Positions 36,004 through 43,355 of a DNA stretch of 64,000 nt are shown here, piece after piece (positions within the stretch are counted from its first letter, which is position 1; each line of letters starts with the position of its first letter). This DNA is from Parcubacteria group bacterium 21-54-25 (GTDB lineage Bacteria; Patescibacteriota; Minisyncoccia; Phycocordibacterales; Phycocordibacteraceae): assembly GCA_002255585.1 (NCBI GenBank), contig NCBJ01000004.1, forward strand, positions 6,415-70,414, in the 5' to 3' direction. The notes under the pieces were generated by a model that ran no database searches, was not told the DNA's origin, and saw only the letters and a program-made list of their open reading frames with translations. A program made the position numbers and the translations under genes.

Positions 36004-36061
36004 CTAAGCGTACGTTACGAATAAAGGTGCTCCGGGCATCCCGGAGCCGCATGGGAACGCG

Positions 36062-36811
36062 CTATGCGTGTGCCCCATGCGGCTCCATGATTGCAAGCTT
36101 AATGAAAAATAGCGTTAACATGGCAAATACGAGCGCCTGAATGATTCCGATGAACATTTCAAATCCCATGAGTGGTGCCGGCAGTATGTATGGCAGAAAA
36201 TAACCCGCAACGAGTACGAGTATTTCCCCAGCAAAAATATTGCCGAACAAACGAAACGAAAATGACACGAGCCGGCCGAGATTGCTCACGAGCTCGATGA
36301 GACCAACAACAAATCCCAGTGGCGAGGCAAAATTGATAAACTTCTTTCCGTACTTCAACACCCCAAAAGTTAGAATGCCCGTCACTTCTATCGTTAAGAA
36401 CGAAATAATTGCAAGTGCCAGCGTGACATTGAGATCGGTAGTCGGCGTACGCAACAGTGGCACGAAGACCGTTCCCTGCATAAGTCCGATAGAGCCCACG
36501 CCGGGGAAAAACTCCAGCTCATTAGCAATCAGCACAAAAAGAAAAATAGTTGCGAGAAGCGGGAAAAATCGTCGGGCCAGTTCCTCACTCTCAAACAAAT
36601 CAGCAGTGTACGCAAATGATCGTTCGAACACCCACTCGACACCTGCCTGCAATTTTCCCGGACGAAGCGCGAGGCGGCGGCGAAAGAAATACGCGCCCGC
36701 AATGAGAAGCGCCATAAGCACCCAGGTCATCAAAAGACTGTTGGTGATGGGCAGCCCAAAGAAGGACCCGAGCTGTTCAGCCTTGAGAATGACGTGAATA
36801 CCTGAATTCAT
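36062..36811 (-). CDS. atpB: Fo ATP synthase subunit a
   Basis: 249 aa from the ATG at 36811 (verified). Conserved LFGNIFAGEILV region with the essential Arg. Confidence 0.9.
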   Translation of the reverse strand: MNSGIHVILKAEQLGSFFGLPITNSLLMTWVLMALLIAGAYFFRRRLALRPGKLQAGVEWVFERSFAYTADLFESEELARRFFPLLATIFLFVLIANELEFFPGVGSIGLMQGTVFVPLLRTPTTDLNVTLALAIISFLTIEVTGILTFGVLKYGKKFINFASPLGFVVGLIELVSNLGRLVSFSFRLFGNIFAGEILVLVAGYFLPYILPAPLMGFEMFIGIIQALVFAMLTLFFIKLAIMEPHGAHA

Positions 36812-36870
36812 ACTACGTAGAAAATGCACGCGTATACGCCCCTCCACGCGCTACCGAAAAAAAACGGCGC

Positions 36871-36909
36871 GAAAGTACCCTCTCGCGTGCCTGATCATGA
36901 TACCACACT
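36871..36909 (-). terminator. Rho-independent terminator (minus strand) between the small TM protein gene and atpB
   Basis: Minus strand reads GGCACGCGA-GAGGGTACTT-TCGCGCC followed by a U8 tract. It separates the 36952..37692 gene pair from the atp operon. Confidence 0.6.
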
Positions 36910-36951
36910 CGAAGTTGTGTGGTGAAGTCTCTCTCGGTCTGGCACGTGATG

Positions 36952-37221
36952 CTACGGCGCCGTAATCGGAGTTACTGGTGCCAAACCAAACGTAGCAGTA
37001 GCAATATTCAAAATGCCATAGGCACCAAAAATGATAACGAGACCAATGATTCCCCACAAAATCGCGCTTTGCGCCGTTGCGCGCTCGGCATCATCACCGG
37101 CATTTTTTATGAGCATGAAAACTCCCCAAAGAAACACCACAAATGCGCCGCCCGCGAGCAATGTAATGAGCGGGTTCACAATCTGCGTCACGACACCTGT
37201 CAACAACACACTGAAGCTCAT
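36952..37221 (-). CDS. Small two-helix membrane protein, paralog 1 (TrbC/VirB2-pilin-like architecture)
   Basis: 89 aa. helix-LWG-loop(D/E-rich)-helix: IVNPLITLLAGGAFVVFLWGVFMLIKNAGDDAERATAQSAILWGIIGLVIIFGAYGI. Clear paralog of the next gene. ATG at 37221 verified. Confidence 0.5.
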   Translation of the reverse strand: MSFSVLLTGVVTQIVNPLITLLAGGAFVVFLWGVFMLIKNAGDDAERATAQSAILWGIIGLVIIFGAYGILNIATATFGLAPVTPITAP

Positions 37222-37320
37222 AGCAGCAGTATATCAGACCATGGCACCACACCGCGGCCTCAGGGACCGCGGTGTGCAATGTAAGAACGAATGGAAGCGC
37301 GTGGCCTGCTTCACGCCGCG

Positions 37321-37692
37321 TTATCCTCCGATGTTCACCCCAGCGCTCGGCAGCTGCCCAGGACCTGAATTTTGAGTGCTAAAAGAACCGGTGAAAATAT
37401 GCACAATACCCCAAATGGTGAGCATCACTACCAAGCCACCAATGCCATACATGATGACGTTTTTCCCTTCGCCTTTTGCTTCCTCATCATTAGCACCAAG
37501 AACGAATGCTTTGAACAAACCCCAAAGCAGCACGATGAACGCAACAGCAAAAAGCACCGGTACGAGAATACCGTTAATAGTGTTGATAATAAATTGTCCG
37601 GCACCTGATATGTTGTTAATGGACGTCTGCGCAAACGCGAGAACCGGAGTGACGAGCGCAAGCATCGTAATCGCAGCGATATTTTTTTTCAT
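37321..37692 (-). CDS. Small Sec-signal two-helix protein, paralog 2 (TrbC/VirB2-pilin-like architecture)
   Basis: 124 aa from the ATG at 37692. Signal peptide MKKNIAAITMLALVTPVLAFA|QTS, then INTINGILVPVLFAVAFIVLLWGLFKAFVLGANDEEAKGEGKNVIMYGIGGLVVMLTIWGIV, which aligns residue-by-residue in pattern with paralog 1. Confidence 0.5.
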   Translation of the reverse strand: MKKNIAAITMLALVTPVLAFAQTSINNISGAGQFIINTINGILVPVLFAVAFIVLLWGLFKAFVLGANDEEAKGEGKNVIMYGIGGLVVMLTIWGIVHIFTGSFSTQNSGPGQLPSAGVNIGG

Positions 37693-37847
37693 AGATGTGG
37701 GAGATTGATAATATCCCGAAGCAGGCCGAGATATGTTTATTGTACGTCTCGACGGCCCAAGGTCAATGAACCGCAGTGCTCTTTGTGGATAAGTAGACAC
37801 GCAATATAGGCAATGCAGCAGCGCCGCCATAGTGCTATAGTCGCGCT

Positions 37848-38396
37848 ATGACATCTTCTATAGTACAGGCCGATACGGCCCCTATTCTGCGCCAGAAAGC
37901 TACTGCGGTACCAGAAACGCTTTTTGGCACACCGGAGCTCGCGCGTATTATTGCCGCCATGACTAGCGCACTTGATGCCGAACTTGATGGCGTTGCGCTT
38001 GCCGCACCGCAAGTTGGGTTGCCACATCGACTGTTTGTCGTGCGCTATGACCGAATACTTCCACGCGAAGAAGGCGCGCCGGTACCGGCGGCAAATATCG
38101 GCGTGTATATCAACCCTGAGATTATAAAAACGGCGCGGCGCACCGAAGTCGTGGACGAGGGGTGCTTGTCCGTACGCGGTATCTACGGAAAAACAACACG
38201 CCACAGCCGCGCAACCGTACGGGCACGCGATGCGGCAGGCCGCATGTTTGTGCGCGGTGCCGGTGGCCTCCTTGCGCAAGTGTTCCAACATGAGATCGAT
38301 CATTTGGAGGGCATCCTGTTTATCGACCATGCAATTGATCTCTACACCTTGCGCGACAAAACTGCAGACAACCATGACTCCGAATCCCCATCCTAA
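37848..38396 (+). CDS. def: Peptide deformylase
   Basis: 182 aa. Motifs GVALAAPQVG, EGCLS and HEIDHLEG. TATAGT lies 7 nt upstream of the ATG, so the transcript may be leaderless. Confidence 0.9.
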   Translation: MTSSIVQADTAPILRQKATAVPETLFGTPELARIIAAMTSALDAELDGVALAAPQVGLPHRLFVVRYDRILPREEGAPVPAANIGVYINPEIIKTARRTEVVDEGCLSVRGIYGKTTRHSRATVRARDAAGRMFVRGAGGLLAQVFQHEIDHLEGILFIDHAIDLYTLRDKTADNHDSESPS

Positions 38397-39243
38397 TATC
38401 GCATTTTTCGGCACCCCGTACGCAGCACGCGATACGCTTGCGTTTCTTGTAGCGCACGGTATTACGCCATCAGTCGTCGTAACCAATCCAGATCAACCAA
38501 AAGGACGCGGTCTCGTGCAGTCACCCTCTGAAACAAAGGCGTGGGCGCTCGCGCACGCGCTCCCTGTGCAAACGCCGCACACGCTCGACGACGACGCGAT
38601 TGCCGCGCTTCGCGCCTACCGAGCCGATTTTGCGATAGTTGTTGCCTATGGGAAAATTTTTCCAAAAACACTCATTGATGCGTTTCCGAAAGGTGTTATC
38701 AACGTGCATTATTCGCTATTGCCCAGCTACCGCGGCGCTTCCCCTGTGGAAGAAGCGCTAAAACGAGGAGATGCCATGACCGGCGTCACCATACAGAAAA
38801 TGGCAGCAGCGCTCGACACAGGCGATGTGTTGGCTGCGCAAAGCACTCCGATACACCCGGAGGAAACTGCACGCGAACTGCGACCACGGCTCATCGCGCT
38901 CGGCGCAGCTCTCCTTGTCGAGAGTATACCGGCGATTACCGCCGGAACACTCACCGGCACCCCACAGGACGCACGGCGCGCTACCTATGCGAAAAAAATA
39001 AAAAAAGAAGATGGAAAAATATCGCTTGCCGACAACGCCACTCACAACTGGAACCTCTACCGTGCATACGCTGAGTGGCCTGGTACGTATTTTTTTGCAC
39101 GGCGCGACAACGCGCGTGTCCGCGTTAAAATTGTACGTGCAGCGTATGCCTCAGACGCATTTATTATTGAGCGTGTCATACCGGAAGGTAAGCGCGAACA
39201 ACCGTACGCTGCGTTTTTGGACGCGGGATGGGTGGCGGAGTAA
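38374..39243 (+). CDS. fmt: Methionyl-tRNA formyltransferase
   Basis: 289 aa from the ATG at 38374 (MTPNPHPNIAFFGTPYAARDTLAFL...). Formyltransferase core (INVHYSLLPSYRGASP) plus a C-terminal domain. Overlaps the def 3' end by 23 nt. Confidence 0.85.
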   Translation: MTPNPHPNIAFFGTPYAARDTLAFLVAHGITPSVVVTNPDQPKGRGLVQSPSETKAWALAHALPVQTPHTLDDDAIAALRAYRADFAIVVAYGKIFPKTLIDAFPKGVINVHYSLLPSYRGASPVEEALKRGDAMTGVTIQKMAAALDTGDVLAAQSTPIHPEETARELRPRLIALGAALLVESIPAITAGTLTGTPQDARRATYAKKIKKEDGKISLADNATHNWNLYRAYAEWPGTYFFARRDNARVRVKIVRAAYASDAFIIERVIPEGKREQPYAAFLDAGWVAE

Positions 39244-39254
39244 CGCGCCCACTG

Positions 39255-39629
39255 TTACGAACGGCCAAAACGCAGTAGTGCTTTTAGTGCGGCGCCGCCT
39301 TTACGCATGAGCCGCGCACTGCGTCCGCGCGACTTTTTCACTTCGCGCACAAGCTCATCGCGCATACGATCGAGCGCGAGTTCCGCGCTATTTGCTACGG
39401 CACTTGCATGATACGTATACTTATGTCCCTCGATAGTCAAGTTACCTGAAACACGAAAGAGTAGCGTACGGCCCGTCGATTGTTTTGCTTCCTCTTCCAC
39501 TTCAATGGCAAGCCGCGCGGAAGCGGAACGGTCGGCGAGTACGCGTTCAAGAGACCCAAACCGTTCGTCAACAAGCGTGCGCATTTCATCAAGAAGTTCG
39601 TTATTTGTTGTTTTGAATGTGGTGTACAT
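39255..39629 (-). CDS. hpf: Ribosome hibernation promoting factor / RaiA (YfiA family)
   Basis: 124 aa with a short-HPF beta-alpha-beta-beta-beta-alpha pattern. Confidence 0.7.
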   Translation of the reverse strand: MYTTFKTTNNELLDEMRTLVDERFGSLERVLADRSASARLAIEVEEEAKQSTGRTLLFRVSGNLTIEGHKYTYHASAVANSAELALDRMRDELVREVKKSRGRSARLMRKGGAALKALLRFGRS

Positions 39630-39640
39630 ACGAGAGCAAG

Positions 39641-39865
39641 TTAGATGCTGGTAACTGCAATTAGTTTAGACCGTCGATGATGTCCTGTCATGATGCGCAC
39701 TTGTGCAAACGGCACCCCGACGTGCGCTGCAATGATATTGCGCACGCGGACATTGGCGCGGTTTTCAGTAGATGGTTCACGCACGAACACGCGCAATGAA
39801 CCATTCTCCATGGTTTCAATCCGCTCTTTGCGCGCGTTGGCTGTCACGATAACCCGTAAGTGCAT
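39641..39865 (-). CDS. DUF167 (YggU/UPF0235) family protein
   Basis: 74 aa. ...LRVFVREPSTENRANVRVRNIIAAHVGVPFAQVRIMTGHHRRSKLIAV matches the DUF167 pattern (GKAN...G..SR.K). Confidence 0.6.
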   Translation of the reverse strand: MHLRVIVTANARKERIETMENGSLRVFVREPSTENRANVRVRNIIAAHVGVPFAQVRIMTGHHRRSKLIAVTSI

Positions 39866-39866
39866 A

Positions 39867-40574
39867 CTACTGTTGTAACTTCGGCATAACGAGCGAAAGA
39901 TGCTCTAAAATCATGCGCACGGGTGCTGCGCGATCGTATAGATACCCGCGCAATATCTCAATATCGGAGAGCACCCGCAAAAGCACGCGACGCTTTTGCG
40001 GGTGCTGCTCGTGCTGAAATGCTTGATGTACAGCGCGTTCAATGTCATCAACAATGCGTATCGCCGCATCACGGCCACGTCGACGCGCGTCTTCGTCTTT
40101 GCCGCCCACCAGCTTCTTGATGAGCGTCGTGCGCTTTTCTTGCGTCGCATGAAGAAATACCTGCGCCTCTTCTGAAATTGGTGCGTCTACCGAGGACACG
40201 AGCGCGGCGTGTGACGACGGGAGCGATATCACGCGCGAACGTACGGTCGGCAAGAGCATAGAAAACTGTGGCACGACCAGTATAATGACGGTACCCGCAG
40301 ATGGCTCTTCAAGAAGTTTGAGAAGCGCGTTTTGCGCTTCGTGGTAGATGCGATCAAGCACAATGACGAGCGCCTTCGTCTCTCCCGCGACCGGCGCAAG
40401 TGTGGCAAAGGCAGAAAGCGCGCGCGCGTCCTCAACTGAAAAAAGCCCATACTGCCGCACCACCACGTCGGGGTTTGCGCGGGACGACAGTCCGTACGTT
40501 TCGGCAAGAAAAGCGAGCGCGTGGCGCGCGCCTGCTTCCCCCGCCCTGGCAACGACATATGCGTGATGCGCCAT
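39867..40574 (-). CDS. holB: DNA polymerase III delta-prime (HolB)-like clamp-loader subunit, degenerate
   Basis: 235 aa. LLKLLEEPSAGTVIILVVPQFSMLLPTVRSRV matches the clamp-loader sensor-1/SRC region. No Walker A is evident. Confidence 0.55.
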   Translation of the reverse strand: MAHHAYVVARAGEAGARHALAFLAETYGLSSRANPDVVVRQYGLFSVEDARALSAFATLAPVAGETKALVIVLDRIYHEAQNALLKLLEEPSAGTVIILVVPQFSMLLPTVRSRVISLPSSHAALVSSVDAPISEEAQVFLHATQEKRTTLIKKLVGGKDEDARRRGRDAAIRIVDDIERAVHQAFQHEQHPQKRRVLLRVLSDIEILRGYLYDRAAPVRMILEHLSLVMPKLQQ

Positions 40575-40610
40575 ACTAGCAGCATACTACGCTTTTGCTA
40601 CAATGCCGGC

Positions 40611-41210
40611 ATGAATCATCTGGCGACAGAGCAGCCGCTCAAAAATGCATATTTCGCAATGCGCCATGGTACGAGTGTGGCAAATGAGGAGGGCGTCATT
40701 GTAAGCGATCCGACCAAAGGTGTCGCTGGCTATGGTCTTTCCGAGAAAGGCCGCAAAGAAGTGCGTGCGGCTGCGCAACGTGCAAAAGAAACAGGGTTGC
40801 TCGATGCACATACGATTGTCATCTCGTCCGACTTTACTCGCGCGCGCGAGACTGCCGAAATGCTTGTCGATACACTTGATCTCGACATGGTTACAACGAC
40901 ACCGAAGCTGCGAGAACGTTTTTTCGGTGCGTGGGATGGTACGCATAACGACAACTACCAGAAGGTGTGGGCTGACGATGCGCACAATGCTACCCATACC
41001 GCCAACGGCGTCGAGAGCGTCGCAGCAGTGCTCGACCGCGCAACGAAACTAATCGCGGAACTTGAGCAGAATTACGCTGGGAAACCTATCGTACTCGTAT
41101 CGCATGGCGATACGCTCCAAATACTTCAGACCGCGTTTGCAGATGTGTCCCCTGAAACACACCGTTCACTGACACCCCTCCATACCGCCGAGATTCGCAA
41201 ACTGAATTGA
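40611..41210 (+). CDS. Histidine phosphatase family protein (phosphoglycerate mutase-like)
   Basis: 199 aa from the ATG at 40611. Catalytic RHG motif (YFAMRHGTSVANE) plus downstream His (LVSHGDTL). Confidence 0.75.
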   Translation: MNHLATEQPLKNAYFAMRHGTSVANEEGVIVSDPTKGVAGYGLSEKGRKEVRAAAQRAKETGLLDAHTIVISSDFTRARETAEMLVDTLDLDMVTTTPKLRERFFGAWDGTHNDNYQKVWADDAHNATHTANGVESVAAVLDRATKLIAELEQNYAGKPIVLVSHGDTLQILQTAFADVSPETHRSLTPLHTAEIRKLN

Positions 41211-41220
41211 CGCAGAAACA

Positions 41221-41257
41221 AAAACCATGCGATTGCTTAGAGCAATCGCATGGTTTT
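41221..41257 (+). terminator. Rho-independent terminator (perfect 13-bp stem) after the phosphatase gene, bidirectional
   Basis: aaaaaccatgcgattgc-ttag-agcaatcgcatggtttttg. An A-run precedes and a T-run follows the perfect stem. Confidence 0.8.
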
Positions 41258-41263
41258 TGTTTA

Positions 41264-41465
41264 CTGGGCGGGCCGCCGAGAATCGAACTCGGGTTATACC
41301 CCTTCGAGCCTCGGCAGTCCCCCGGACTACCGGTCGAGCCGAAAGTCGGGCCGCCGAGAATCGAACTCGGGTTATACGCACCCGAAGCGTACGTAATACC
41401 ACTATACCACGGCCCGACTTTCGGCTCGACCCCAAGGCGCACGTACTACCACTATACCACGGCCC
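41264..41465 (-). tRNA. Split tRNA-Pro(UGG)-like gene with a 128-nt insertion at position 37/38 (possibly intron-containing or a pseudogene)
   Basis: The 5' part (41430..41465: TGGGCCG-TG-GTA-TAGTGGTAG-TAC-G-TGCGC-CTTGGG) and the 3' part (41264..41301: G-GGGTA-TAAC-CCGAG-TTCGATT-CTCGG-CGGCCCG-C-CCA) together make one full-length tRNA. Anticodon UGG, CCA encoded. It has a U1-G72 wobble and one G-G mismatch in the anticodon stem. The two parts are separated by 41302..41429, which contains a complete tRNA-Pro(CGG). Confidence 0.45.
41345..41415 (-). tRNA. tRNA-Pro (anticodon CGG), 71 nt, CCA not encoded; nested inside the split tRNA-Pro(UGG)-like gene
   Basis: CGGGCCG-TG-GTA-TAGTGGTAT-TAC-G-TACGC-TTCGGGT-GCGTA-TAAC-CCGAG-TTCGATT-CTCGG-CGGCCCG-A. 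All stems are Watson-Crick, with C1-G72, G37 and the T-loop TTCGATT. It is flanked by a perfect 15-nt inverted repeat (GGTCGAGCCGAAAGT / ACTTTCGGCTCGACC) that extends the acceptor helix. Confidence 0.8.
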
Positions 41466-41592
41466 AAATGCGAGTAGCGTACCATACCGAGCTGCTCGTG
41501 TATGGTGCGCCCGCCAACGAGGAGACGTATCCCACAGGGTGTGGATACAGCCCGGTTTTGGAACACACACAGCGGCAGCAGTGCGTATCCCG

Positions 41593-41666
41593 GTGGGTAG
41601 TACAGGATTCGAACCTGTGACCTCACGCGTGTGAAGCGTGCGCTCTAACCAGCTGAGCTAACCACC
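41593..41666 (-). tRNA. tRNA-Val (anticodon CAC), 74 nt, CCA not encoded
   Basis: GGGTGGT-TA-GCTC-AGCTGGTTA-GAGC-G-CACGC-TTCACAC-GCGTG-AGGTC-ACAGG-TTCGAAT-CCTGT-ACTACCC-A. Confidence 0.85.
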
Positions 41667-41712
41667 CGAATGACCGGAGCATAGCAGAAAAAACACCAAA
41701 ACAAAATGTGCT

Positions 41713-41786
41713 GTGGACCTTACCGGATTCGAACCGGTGACCTCCGCATTGCAAATGCGGCGCTCTAACCAACTGAGCTAAAGGCC
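41713..41786 (-). tRNA. tRNA-Ala (anticodon UGC), 74 nt, CCA not encoded
   Basis: GGGCCTT-TA-GCTC-AGTTGGTTA-GAGC-G-CCGCA-TTTGCAA-TGCGG-AGGTC-ACCGG-TTCGAAT-CCGGT-AAGGTCC-A. The G3-U70 Ala identity pair is present. Confidence 0.85.
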
Positions 41787-41822
41787 CGCAAGAAGGAGCA
41801 TACCCGGTTTTAGCTTTTCTGG

Positions 41823-42152
41823 CTACCCAAGCGCATCAATTTTTGCTGCGAGAATGAAATCGTTCAGCGAGAGTCCCTGCACCGCGTGGGTAGAAAGCGT
41901 AACGCCGACCCTACCCCACGACACTGAAAGGTCTGGATGGTGCCCTTCTTTCTCGGCGAGCGCAGCAATCTGATTGGTAAGTGCAATGGCGCTCATAAAA
42001 TCCTTACATGAGTACTCTTTCGCGATGGACTTTGTGTCTAACGCAAGCGTCCAACCGGAGAGATCGCGCATGAGCTTTTCCGCCTCGGCGCGTGTAAGAG
42101 GAGCGCCACCGACTTCACAGGGAACACATTGTTGTTTATTCAAGTCAGTCAT
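41823..42152 (-). CDS. Pterin-4a-carbinolamine dehydratase (PCD/DCoH)
   Basis: 110 aa from the ATG at 42152. Signature EGHHPDLSVSWGRV ([E]xHHP motif). Confidence 0.75.
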   Translation of the reverse strand: MTDLNKQQCVPCEVGGAPLTRAEAEKLMRDLSGWTLALDTKSIAKEYSCKDFMSAIALTNQIAALAEKEGHHPDLSVSWGRVGVTLSTHAVQGLSLNDFILAAKIDALG

Positions 42153-42171
42153 TGTGTTGTACCGTAGCAGT

Positions 42172-43137
42172 TCATCGCGCACGCGCAAGGTTCACGAGGT
42201 GCTCGAAAAAGTACGGTAGAGAAATACCCGCTGCTGCGAGCGATTTTGGTAGTATCGATTCATTAGTAAGACCGGGAGATGTGTTGGTTTCAAGATAGTA
42301 CACACCATTCGGTGCTACGATAAAATCGGAGCGCGAGTAGTGGCGCGCGCCAAGCGCTGTATGCACCGTACGCGCCGCCTGCATAAGTTCGTTTGAAATG
42401 GCGCGCGTAAACGGTGCGGGGCACACTTCGCGCGCGCCGCCAGAATACTTTGCGCTATATGAAAAAAATTCTTCTTTTTCCGGCGGCACAATTTCGACTG
42501 GTGGTGGCGTATATAGTTCCTCTCCGCGCAGATTCTCCACAACGCCTACCGTTGCTTCCCTGCCACGAATATATTCTTCTACAAGGACGCCGCCGGCGCC
42601 GCGCGCAAGCAAATCCACGACTGCCTCATAGAGCTTGGCGTACCCCGTCACCACCGAGACGCCTATCGATGATCCCCAGCGCAGCGGTTTTACAACCATC
42701 GGCTGAGAAAACGAACGGACTGATTCGACGATATGGCGATCGTCACCGGTGCGCGCTTCAATAAGTGTATATCGCGGTGTCTTGAGACCCACCTCGCGCG
42801 CCCGCTCCTTGGCGAGTGCTTTATGCGCCGCCAGATAGGACGCGAATGAGTCGGCACCGGTATACGGAACGCCGTTGCGCTCAAGCACTTTTTGTACTTC
42901 TCCATCTTCTCCATACTCACCATGCAGTGCGTTTAGTACGACGTCGACTTGTCTGAGTGCACGGTGCGGCTCGACAGGGCGCCCAGCCACGTGCCATGTG
43001 CCTTGCTTGTCTATGAAAATATCGCGCGCGGTGTAGCGCTCGGGCGAGAGATTCGAGAGAATAGAATGTCCGCTTGCAAGCGATACCTCATGTTCGCGCG
43101 ATGGTCCGCCCCGTAACACGCCAACGATGGTCTGCAT
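42172..43137 (-). CDS. ddl: D-alanine--D-alanine ligase
   Basis: 322 aa from the ATG at 43137 (MQTIVGVLRGGPSREHEVSLASG...). ATP-grasp fold with conserved Ddl N-terminal and C-terminal motifs. Confidence 0.85.
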   Translation of the reverse strand: MQTIVGVLRGGPSREHEVSLASGHSILSNLSPERYTARDIFIDKQGTWHVAGRPVEPHRALRQVDVVLNALHGEYGEDGEVQKVLERNGVPYTGADSFASYLAAHKALAKERAREVGLKTPRYTLIEARTGDDRHIVESVRSFSQPMVVKPLRWGSSIGVSVVTGYAKLYEAVVDLLARGAGGVLVEEYIRGREATVGVVENLRGEELYTPPPVEIVPPEKEEFFSYSAKYSGGAREVCPAPFTRAISNELMQAARTVHTALGARHYSRSDFIVAPNGVYYLETNTSPGLTNESILPKSLAAAGISLPYFFEHLVNLARAR

Positions 43138-43355
43138 GCGTACAGTATACATAAAAAGATCGGGGGTGTTGCTAATCCGTCGTGGCGATGGTGCTGCTTG
43201 GTTCAATGGAAAACCGCAATGAGCATTGGCCGCGCGGGTAATGAGGAGCAACGACCGAAAACATTGCCCATTACTGTATCCTCCTTTCCGAGGACGGCCA
43301 CTGGCACCGTAGTTGTGCAGTTCGTAGTTTTACGAATGAGTTCATTACTCTGGTG

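Noticed and set aside
36952-37692. Annotating the two small membrane proteins simply as atpI/atpZ
   Set aside because: This was not adopted as the primary call. A strong terminator separates them from atpB, and one has a cleavable Sec signal peptide, which is atypical for AtpI. It is kept as an alternative hypothesis in the findings.
41265-41378. Duplicated tRNA-Pro 3' ends (gggccgccgagaatcgaactcgggttatac x2) as attL/attR of an integrated element
   Set aside because: The copies are only about 45 nt apart with no cargo between them. The arrangement is better explained as an inner complete tRNA plus the 3' half of an outer split tRNA.
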